This document shows positions 1 through 8,071 of a stretch of 64,000 bases of DNA, one piece after another. The notes under the pieces were generated by a model. The model was not told the DNA's origin. It did no database searches and saw nothing but the letters and a program-made list of their open reading frames with translations. Numbering within the stretch: position 1 is the first letter of the stretch; every line of letters starts with the position of its first letter. Both the position numbers and the translations under genes were made by a program. Source of the DNA: Acidobacteriota bacterium (GTDB lineage: Bacteria > Acidobacteriota > UBA890 > WLXD01); assembly GCA_965205505.1 (NCBI GenBank), contig CBDBHB010000007.1, forward strand, positions 448,001 through 512,000. The letters are read 5' to 3'.

Positions 1-1884
1 CACGCGATAGTCCACTGCACCGTGTACGAAGAGCGTCGCCGCCTGCACGCCTCCCGAGTTGAGGTAGGCAGACTGGCGGATCATGACATCAAGCGCCTCG
101 GGGTCCCACGGGGGCCCGAGGAACTCGAGCTCCTTAGTACGCGCGACGTCGGACAAAGCGTAGTTGCTCGTCCAGTTGGAGGCGCCGGCACCGGAAACCG
201 CCGCCCTGAAGCGGTCCGGGTACCGGGTGATGAGCCAGTTGGTCAGGATCCCACCGTACGAATGACCCGTCGAGCCCACTCGGGCCCGATCCACGGGATA
301 CCGCTCGATCAGATGGTCCATGCCGGCGAGCACGTCCTCGCCGTCGTTCGTCCCCCATCCTGCCCACGTACCCCATTTGAAGTCGTCCCCGTAGCCGGTC
401 GAGCTGCGGAAGTTGGCAAGGAACACGAAGTAGCCGTTCGCCGTGAAGTACAGGTTCTTGAAGTTGAATCCGTACCCCGAGGCGGAGTGCGGACCGCCGT
501 GGTTGACGACGATGAGCGGGTACGATCCCTGCGGGTCGTAGTTGTGTGGATAGAGCAGGAATCCCTCCACCGGTGTCCCGTCGAAGCTCTCGTAGAGGAT
601 CCTCTCCGACGGGCGACTCGCGAGCTCGACCTCGGCGAGAAACTCGGCGTGCACGTTGGTGAGCCGGCGCTCGTTGCGCCCGTCGATGTCCGAGACGTAG
701 ACCTCGGAAGGCCGTTCGAACTCTCCTACGGTGTAGGTCATGCGTTGGAACGCCGGATCGATGTCGAGATCTCCGATGCGACGTTGGCCCGTCGTCACCT
801 GCTCTACTTCACCGCCCTCCGGAGACACACGGAAGAGGTGGCGCGCACCCCCGATACCGGTGGTGAAGTACATGTAGCGGCTGTCCGGAGCCCACATCGG
901 CGAGCCGGCGTCGAGATCCCAGTCGCCCGTCAGGTTCACCGGCTCGCCACCACCGGCGGGCCGGACGTAGAGATCGCGGGGCCCACCGTGTCGAAGGTCC
1001 TGCTGCGTGATCATGTCTGTGCCGAAGGAGCGGACGTACGAAACCCAGAGCCCATCCGGCGAGAAGCTCGCCCCGGAGTACACGTAGCCGTCGTCGGTGA
1101 CTCGGGTGAGCTGCCCCTCGATCGTTATCAGGAAGAGATCCGACCTGCCATACGCGAGCTCGTCGAGCACGGACTCATCGGCGGTGAACAGCAAGCTCCT
1201 CCCGTCGGGGTTCCAGCTGATGTTGCCGGGTCGGAGGCCGAGACGCGTGAGCTGTCGCGCCGGGGCGCTCCCCTCGAGGGGATCGATGAAGATCTCCGTC
1301 AGCGGTGCCTCGTCTGGCGCGGGTAGTGGGAACCTCCGCCCGTCGCGCCTGAACGGATACCAGTCGAAGTCCTCGCCCACGAACCTCGACTGGTGCCGCC
1401 GCTCGAACTCCGTCATCTCCGGCGCTGGGGGCTTTGGCAGCTCCATGTCTTGTGTGCGGGCCACCCAGCGGCCGTCCGGGCTCACGGCACCCTCGGGCGT
1501 GAAGCTCCGGTCACGGACTGCCAGCTGCGTGGGTCGAGCGGGGTCGACGAGCCAACGAGCCCCCCGGTGAGTGAAGCGCAGGCGGCCGTCCTCGGCCCAC
1601 TCCGGATCCGCCACGTCTGTACCCGTGTGCTGAACGCGCACGGGCTCACCGGAAGCATCGGCCCGGACGATCCACGACGTGGTCTCGGTCCCGTTCGTCG
1701 CCTCGATGCGCACGGAAACGGTGTAGGCGACCCATTCCGCGTCCGGCGAGATCTGCAGGTCGCCGACCGACTTCACCCGGTAGTAGTCCTCGAGAGCCAA
1801 GGGGCGCCCTTGAGCGAACACCTGGGCGGCGACCGAAACAGTGCCGACGAGTGATAGACCGAGACAGAGGAGCGTGCGTCGCAT
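1..1884 (-). CDS. S9 family (prolyl oligopeptidase/acylaminoacyl) peptidase, secreted; 3' end beyond window
   Basis: Manual translation of the minus strand, not in the ORF track because it runs off the edge. Signal peptide MRRTLLCLGLSLVGTVSVAAQVFA; LEDYYRVKSVGDLQISPD; nucleophile motif TGHSYGG; LFVHGAVDYRV. Confidence 0.9.
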   Translation of the reverse strand, partial: MRRTLLCLGLSLVGTVSVAAQVFAQGRPLALEDYYRVKSVGDLQISPDAEWVAYTVSVRIEATNGTETTSWIVRADASGEPVRVQHTGTDVADPEWAEDGRLRFTHRGARWLVDPARPTQLAVRDRSFTPEGAVSPDGRWVARTQDMELPKPPAPEMTEFERRHQSRFVGEDFDWYPFRRDGRRFPLPAPDEAPLTEIFIDPLEGSAPARQLTRLGLRPGNISWNPDGRSLLFTADESVLDELAYGRSDLFLITIEGQLTRVTDDGYVYSGASFSPDGLWVSYVRSFGTDMITQQDLRHGGPRDLYVRPAGGGEPVNLTGDWDLDAGSPMWAPDSRYMYFTTGIGGARHLFRVSPEGGEVEQVTTGQRRIGDLDIDPAFQRMTYTVGEFERPSEVYVSDIDGRNERRLTNVHAEFLAEVELASRPSERILYESFDGTPVEGFLLYPHNYDPQGSYPLIVVNHGGPHSASGYGFNFKNLYFTANGYFVFLANFRSSTGYGDDFKWGTWAGWGTNDGEDVLAGMDHLIERYPVDRARVGSTGHSYGGILTNWLITRYPDRFRAAVSGAGASNWTSNYALSDVARTKELEFLGPPWDPEALDVMIRQSAYLNSGGVQAATLFVHGAVDYRV

Positions 1885-2226
1885 GGATGTATTCCTCCAG
1901 CGCAAGCTTCGAAGAAGGACCGAGAATCAGGCTCCGCATTCTAGATTGCGAGGCCTTGCCGGACCATGGACGCCCGTTCAAGTGGGGTCACTTGCCTGGC
2001 TGTTGACACTCGTCGACGAGGAAGGGAGCCCAGGGCTTGAAATAGGCTGGGTGGGGCGTTACGGCCCAGGGCATCCTGACGCCAGCGCAGCGCGGTGGTC
2101 CTTCTCCGTGGATCTCCGCGCTCACCGGCGATAGGCTTCAGGCGCTCACCCTGCTCGGGCAACACCATGCGCTCGCGCACCACACCAGGCCCCTACGATC
2201 AATGCACCCCACCCCACGGAGGCGAG

Positions 2227-3564
2227 ATGGCCAAGCATGAGATCGATCGACGCGCTTTTCTAGCAACGTCGGCAGCCACAACAGCGGGAATGCTCACCGC
2301 TGGCACGGTGAACGCGGCCCCGAGCGGCGGCTTCACGGCCCGCACGGTGGTGCCCGGAAGCACGATCGGAGCCCATCCGCCACCGCCGTTCTCCAAGGCC
2401 GAGTATCAGGAGAGGCTGCGCCGCGTGCGCGGACGGATGGCGCAGGACAACATCGACATGTTGTTCGTCACCATGCCCGAAGACATGTGCTACCTGCACG
2501 GTCTGGAGCTGAGCTGGTATCAGCAGAACTGTCCCGAGAGCTGGGCCCCGAGCTCGATCACCGCCGTGCACGTCGACCACGAAGACCTCATCCACTTCGA
2601 CAGCCACGACGAGCTCATGGCGGCGACCTCCGTCGCCACCGATATCCGGCGTCCCCGACCCGGTGGTGAGCGCGCCTGCGAGGGGCACGCCATGGAGCTG
2701 GAGGCGTCCGGGTGGCTCAACGGCACGGTGGGGCTGCAGTACAACAGCTATCGTCCGCGGCCCCTCCACATGAAGCAGATCGAGGCCGTGTTCCGCGATC
2801 GTGGTTGCGAGCTCATCGACGCTTCCGGCGTCATGATCGATGTCAAGGTGCACAAGTCGCCGGCCGAGATCGAGGTGGTCGAGGAGGCGGGCCGCATCGC
2901 CGACGTCGGCCTGCAGGCAGCCAGGGACAACGTCCAGCCCGGCATGACGGAGCTGGAGCTCTACGGCGAGATCGTGCGCGCCATGACCCGTGCCGGCGGT
3001 GGGATGTCGGGCCTGCTGTGCGCCGTCAAGGCAGGGGGCAACCATTTCATCCACGGCATTGCATCGGAGCGCGTGATCCAGGAGGTCGATCACGTCGTCG
3101 TCGATGTCTGCGGGGTCAAGAATCGCTACCACTGCAACACCTGCCGGGCCTTTTTCGTCGGTGAGCCGCCCAAGGAGATGGTGGATCTGTACGCGATGAA
3201 CGGCCGGGCCATGGACGTTGTTCACGCTACCGGCAAGCCCGGCCTACCGCTCAACGAGCTGACCCGGACCTTGCGAGAGTTCTACAAGGAAACCGGTGCC
3301 TGGCAGCTGGCCCAGCAGGGCAAGATAGATGGCTGGCTCGGTGGCTATGAGCTGGGGATCAGCTTTCCGCCGGATTGGTGCGGTTGGTGGACCTTCACCG
3401 TCGGCGAGGAGGATCGCTCGGATTGGGTCATGCAAGAGCGCCAGGTGAGCAACTACGAGAGCTTCGCGACCGGAAGCACGGGACTGATCGATACCTTCAT
3501 CTACGAGAAGGGTGGATGCCGCTCGCTCACGACGATGCCGCCGGAGCTGATCGTGGTCGCCTGA
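2227..3564 (+). CDS. M24 (Xaa-Pro peptidase/creatinase-like) family protein with Tat signal
   Basis: GGAGG RBS before the ATG at 2227; DRRAFL twin-arginine motif; FSKAEYQERLRRVR creatinase N-domain; HKSPAEIE and PGMTELEL pita-bread motifs. Confidence 0.85.
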   Translation: MAKHEIDRRAFLATSAATTAGMLTAGTVNAAPSGGFTARTVVPGSTIGAHPPPPFSKAEYQERLRRVRGRMAQDNIDMLFVTMPEDMCYLHGLELSWYQQNCPESWAPSSITAVHVDHEDLIHFDSHDELMAATSVATDIRRPRPGGERACEGHAMELEASGWLNGTVGLQYNSYRPRPLHMKQIEAVFRDRGCELIDASGVMIDVKVHKSPAEIEVVEEAGRIADVGLQAARDNVQPGMTELELYGEIVRAMTRAGGGMSGLLCAVKAGGNHFIHGIASERVIQEVDHVVVDVCGVKNRYHCNTCRAFFVGEPPKEMVDLYAMNGRAMDVVHATGKPGLPLNELTRTLREFYKETGAWQLAQQGKIDGWLGGYELGISFPPDWCGWWTFTVGEEDRSDWVMQERQVSNYESFATGSTGLIDTFIYEKGGCRSLTTMPPELIVVA

Positions 3565-3764
3565 CGCGAGGCGTCCGGGGCACCGTGCCCGAGGTGGCTC
3601 ATACCCGGCTGAAACGTCTCGTCAATGGGTCGATGGCCAAGATCGGCGATGCGTGCCGAGTAGGTGTCCGTCAACATGCCAAGAACGGCGAAATCCGGCT
3701 ACAAGCGGCGAACTGCCGTTGTTAAACAACGCGCCGTAAACTGTTGAAAACACTGGGTATCAAA

Positions 3765-3808
3765 GGCGCGCCCGGAAGGATTCGAACCTTCGACCTGCGG
3801 ATTAGAAG
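3765..3808 (-). pseudogene. 3' half of tRNA-Arg(TCT); att-site duplication
   Basis: Minus strand reads CTTCTAATCCGCAGGTCGAAGGTTCGAATCCTTCCGGGCGCGCC: anticodon loop, T-arm and acceptor 3' strand. No D-arm or 5' anticodon stem upstream. Confidence 0.85.
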
Positions 3809-3974
3809 GGCGTCACGGCTCGTTCCCGCAACTGGTTAGAAACAAAGGGAGAGCCTTGCGTGACGCTGCTTCTCCGCTCTCAAACGAGTCGATTCTATCG
3901 ATAGGTTTCGACCGGTTTCTACGCGCCAACCGTGAAAGAAACCGTGTAACGCTCCCGGAACTCAAGAGGACGGC

Positions 3975-4553
3975 GTGAGCGACCCCAAGCCACAGGGCGC
4001 CCGAGACGCTGAGCCTCGGCGGAGCCGCGTCGAGAAGTGGCGAGACGAAGCTCGGCGACTCAAGGCCCCGAGATTCGGCAGCGACGAGGAAGGCAGGCTC
4101 GTACTCGCCAAGGAAGACCGGTCGACGCACGTCGAGCTTTCGGAGACCACGGGGCTTCCGGCCGGACCAGGGAGTGCGCATCTAGTGCAACAGGTGGCGA
4201 CATGTCTCGCGCATCAACTCGGTGACCCGGTAGAGGCTGCGAACCGTGCAGCCGAGCTGATGCGCGCCGTCGAGCCGAGGGACGCTGTAGAAGGGATGGT
4301 TGCGAGTCAGCTCGTAGCGACCCACCACGCCGCGATGGAGATGCTCTCTCGGGCTCTCCACCCAGACCAGCCGAGCGACATCAGCAACTCGTGCTCGTAC
4401 CGAGCGGAGCGACTGCTCAAGCGATCGGCGGAGTTGATCGAGGCGCTCGCCAAGTACAGGGGGCGCAAGACGGAGCAGAAGGTGACGGTCGAGCACGTCA
4501 CCGTGAGCGATGGCGGTCAGGCGATCGTAGGTGCCGTGGCGAAGAACGAGTGA
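3975..4553 (+). CDS. Hypothetical protein of the type found beside HGGxSTG genes in phage-related islands
   Basis: EPRDAVEGMVASQLVATH and C-terminal QKVTVEHVTVSDGGQAIVG motifs. Confidence 0.7.
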   Translation: MSDPKPQGARDAEPRRSRVEKWRDEARRLKAPRFGSDEEGRLVLAKEDRSTHVELSETTGLPAGPGSAHLVQQVATCLAHQLGDPVEAANRAAELMRAVEPRDAVEGMVASQLVATHHAAMEMLSRALHPDQPSDISNSCSYRAERLLKRSAELIEALAKYRGRKTEQKVTVEHVTVSDGGQAIVGAVAKNE

Positions 4554-4577
4554 CCCGGGGGGGGAGGAGTATCGAAC

Positions 4578-4901
4578 TTGAGAAAACAAGCCCATGGACG
4601 CCGCGGATCGTGTGGCGCCAGGACTCGGAGCGGTGCCCCGTGCAGGCGCAGTCCAGGCAACGTGAACTCTCGCTGCCACTACCACGGCGGTGCTCCAGGA
4701 ACAGGAGCGCGGCCGGGTAACACGAACGCACTGAAGTCGGGCCGATTCACCCGCGAGGCGATCGCTCGACGGTCGGGAGAGCGTCACCTGTTAGCGGAGC
4801 TCGACGCTCTGACCGCCGATGTACTCGAGCGGGCGAGGTTCAATTCACCTCGAACTGGCGGAACAGAACGGCAGCGCGAAGACGACCGACGAGTTTCATG
4901 A
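4578..4901 (+). CDS. HGGxSTG domain protein
   Basis: CGARTRSGAPC...RCHYHGGAPGTGARPGNTNALKSG. Confidence 0.75.
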   Translation: MRKQAHGRRGSCGARTRSGAPCRRSPGNVNSRCHYHGGAPGTGARPGNTNALKSGRFTREAIARRSGERHLLAELDALTADVLERARFNSPRTGGTERQREDDRRVS

Positions 4902-5805
4902 GGCCGAAGATCAGACGAGGACCCAGATAGTCGAGTAGCCATAGCCCGAAGATCGCTAGCGCGACACTGGTGACCTCGTTCTGTAGCACCCACGAGCCTA
5001 CGTGCCCGTCAGGGGCAATCGCGTAGCTGATTCCGAGTAGCAGGAGCAACGCACCCGCGAATGTGACGGCCGTATTCATGGGTGCGTGATACCCGAGGAA
5101 GTTGATGCGTTCCTCGACCACCAATCGCGGCGTCTTCTCTGAGTAGCCACCAAGCGACGCGATGAACTCGTTCGAATCACGAAGCTTCCGCCCGAAGAAG
5201 ACCCGAAGCGCCCAGTGGCCGGAATCCAACAGGCTGGACAACACGCGGAGTGCGATCGACTTTGCTCTCAGTCGTGAGCGGATGCTGGCTTTCCGAAGTC
5301 CCATTGAGGTGCGGCAGTGCAGATCGAACAACTCATCCAAGACCTGACGCCCAGCTAGGGACCGGTTCTTCTTGTCGAAGAAGAGATCTACGTCATGGTT
5401 GAACGCGAGGTCGTCGGTTCTCTGCAGCGGCACAGGTTCCGGGGTTTTGCGACTGTTCTCGACCGACTCCAAAGTCGGGAACTCGTCACTCGTGGGGTCA
5501 TAGAAGGGGCTGCGGACCCACGAGTAGCAGAACGTGCCTATCCAGACGCGGACCGGCGCTGCCTCTCGCGTGGAGGTGATATCCGGGTCGTCAGGGTCTT
5601 CGTAGACGACGTGGATGATCGCGACCACGTCGGGGCTACCGTCGCGATACCTAGGCGGCTTGTACGGAAGAGAGTGGGGGTACTCGCGCTGGACGCTGAA
5701 CCCCGCCTTAACGTCCGATAAGACCGTAGGCTGGAAGTAGTCACTGTCATCGAGGTCGAAGTGTTCGAGGAGCTCTTCGCCTGCGGTGAACGGGAACTTG
5801 CTCAT
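4840..5805 (-). CDS. Hypothetical protein with two C-terminal TM helices
   Basis: 321-aa ORF; hydrophobic segments AVTFAGALLLLLGISYAI and VALAIFGLWLLDYLG. Confidence 0.6.
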   Translation of the reverse strand: MSKFPFTAGEELLEHFDLDDSDYFQPTVLSDVKAGFSVQREYPHSLPYKPPRYRDGSPDVVAIIHVVYEDPDDPDITSTREAAPVRVWIGTFCYSWVRSPFYDPTSDEFPTLESVENSRKTPEPVPLQRTDDLAFNHDVDLFFDKKNRSLAGRQVLDELFDLHCRTSMGLRKASIRSRLRAKSIALRVLSSLLDSGHWALRVFFGRKLRDSNEFIASLGGYSEKTPRLVVEERINFLGYHAPMNTAVTFAGALLLLLGISYAIAPDGHVGSWVLQNEVTSVALAIFGLWLLDYLGPRLIFGLMKLVGRLRAAVLFRQFEVN

Positions 5806-5831
5806 CGCTAGTTAAGTTCCTTCCCAGGTGT

Positions 5832-6320
5832 TCAGAACAGACGCTCCTTCCAAGCCTTGTACCCTTCGCAATTCGCCGCCAGGTCGGCGATCTCCTCCGA
5901 CGAGAATCCCAGTTCAGCCAGGAAAGAGAGCTCCAACAAGACTCGCATCACGAAGTTGTATCGAAGGTAGTCCTCTGAGCCCGCGAAGACCTCGCCGTCG
6001 GGCGGCAGATGCGTAAGCCAGTTGCGAAGATCCACGATCTGGCCGGTCACGGACTTGGCGTCCGGCACGATCCGCTCTAGGGCCGCCTCGTGTTCCCGAA
6101 CCAGAAGGCCGAATCGCTTTCGAAGTGAGTAGTCGTAGCCGTATTTCAGCCTGGCCTTGAGGGAGCTCTTGAACGACTGCTCTAGATCGCCGGGGATGGC
6201 GCCCGCGAGGCTCGGAAGTACGTCGTTCTCGTAGTTCGCGGGGTCCATGTGCGTTCCGCCGTGAAAGCGTCGGTGAAGTGCCTCCACCGCTTGCGTAAAC
6301 GCGAGGAAACGGCCCTCGAG
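5832..6320 (-). pseudogene. ApeA-like HEPN domain protein, 5'-truncated
   Basis: FLAFTQAVEALHRRF and IVDLRNWLTH (RxxxxH). N-terminal part is missing. Confidence 0.65.
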
Positions 6321-7331
6321 TCTGCCCGTATCAATCTGCACCTGGCGAGGAGAGAGGCTTGTACCCGAACCCCTGCGTAGACTCAGCTTCGAGCCACCTC
6401 TTGGATCGGGCAACGCAGCGACCCTGGACTCCAAGAAGGTGGATCAGTTCGCGAGGGAAGCCACCGTGTACATCTTCGCCGTTTGTCCGGAACTGAGAAT
6501 TCAGCCGCACCGAATCGCGATTGATGCCCCAAGCGCTCCACGCAGGCAGGGGATCCCGCGCAGGACCGCCGAAGTTGCCATGAATGCGTCCGGCATAAGT
6601 TGCTTCGGAACCCCGTCCGCATCTGAGTTTGACTCGATTCGAACCAAGGTGAGCGCACACCTGGCGTCGGGTGGGGCTGAGAGTCACATGCCACACGCGA
6701 ACCAACTTTGGATGCTGGTAGGTTTTTCTCTCTTAAGCACCTCAGCGAAGTCGCCCCTTGCATCGAGGTCTTCCCCCAGGCCACGGCAAGGGCGCTGGAG
6801 ACGGGGCAGATCCACAAGTCAGACGCACGCGGTCTCGCGGCTCAGCTCAGTCACGCATCGTCACAGACCGGCTGGCCCTCTGACTGCCCGGATGACCCAG
6901 ACTTTGAAGAGATCGCGTGGGCTCCGGCGCCCGACAGGCTGGACGCGTACCTCTGCGCCTGGGTAGCCGCCCTTCCTGAGGAGAATCGAGTCGCCTTCGG
7001 GGACCCGCCTGACGATGTCATCTGGGTGCCGAAGATCGACGTGGTTCCCCCGGGCGCGTTGTGGTCGCCAGTGCGGCAAGTCGGACATCGCCGCGTCGAA
7101 GTCAACCGAACTCGCCCTAGCGTTCGCGCCACGCTGCTTTGCCCCGCCTGCTCTGCACACGAGTTCAAGCGCTGGCCGTGGGGCTGGGATTCTCATGCCG
7201 CGTTCCGATGCCGGGGTCTCGCTGGCCAGGACCCTGGGGAGCGGAAGCGCGAGTTCCGACTTCGGTTCGGCGATCTGCTGCCCCGACAGGACACGCACAG
7301 GGCCGAGATGGCGCGACACGGCCTACGCTGA
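6321..7331 (+). pseudogene. DUF429-like (RNase H-fold) protein, 5'-truncated and frameshifted near 6730
   Basis: IAIDAP in one frame, then IEVFPQA and DRLDAYLCAWVA in the next; C-terminal CPAC...H...C Zn-like motif. Confidence 0.6.
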
Positions 7332-7660
7332 GCAAGACGACCGCAGATCCCTTCCCTGGAAGCTACGGAACACTGGCTCGGCAACAATCTTTGTCTGCAT
7401 GCCTGACCCAGTTCGTCATAGTGTTCTCTCTGGGGGGAAGCAGACGCGACCTATTAGTCTCCTCGCGGGCCGTCTACCAACGTTCAAATTGCGGCGCTAA
7501 ACCGGCTACATGCGCCGTATCGGAGGAGAGGTGCGATGGCCCTCCAGCCAGATTGAGGCACGGCCGCCGTCCTCATCGGGCTATCTCTCGCGTCAGTCTC
7601 TGCCAGTCCAGCTGCCACGCAGCCAACGATTCACTGCGTCTCGGTTTGGCAAGGTGCCGC

Positions 7661-8071
7661 ATGACATCAGGGTCCCTTTTCGACACGCCCTCCGAACGCG
7701 TCCTGCGCGCCCTCCCCGCGCCCGTAACCTCAATTGTCGAGGGATTCCTCGCCGAAGACCTGATCCCAGCCAGAGATCTTCGGGCCCGGATTCCCGCCTA
7801 CATCCATGAACTCGAGCAAGCCAAGAGTGCCCATGAGTTCCTCGACATCCATCTAGCCAAGAAACTGGCCGATCAGTGCCTCCAGCTTCTTGACGGCATC
7901 GACATCGATACATCCGCGGAATCGCGTCGGTTGATCCAGGCCGCAATCCAGTACTTCCTCTTCGACGAGGATGCCGACAGCGACAAGCGCTCGCTGATCG
8001 GTTTCGACGACGACGACCTCGTCGTCGAGCTTATCGCTCGAGAGATCGGCCGGGAGGACGTCCTTGGCTAG
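7661..8071 (+). CDS. YkvA/DUF1232-like small protein
   Basis: LIQAAIQYFLFDEDADSD...IGFDDD motif; overlaps the start of the helicase gene. Confidence 0.55.
   Translation: MTSGSLFDTPSERVLRALPAPVTSIVEGFLAEDLIPARDLRARIPAYIHELEQAKSAHEFLDIHLAKKLADQCLQLLDGIDIDTSAESRRLIQAAIQYFLFDEDADSDKRSLIGFDDDDLVVELIAREIGREDVLG

Noticed and set aside
22-1326. 434-aa plus-strand ORF
   Set aside because: Antisense shadow of the minus-strand S9 peptidase.
3765-3840. Complete tRNA-Arg gene
   Set aside because: The 5' half (acceptor, D-arm, anticodon 5' strand) is absent.
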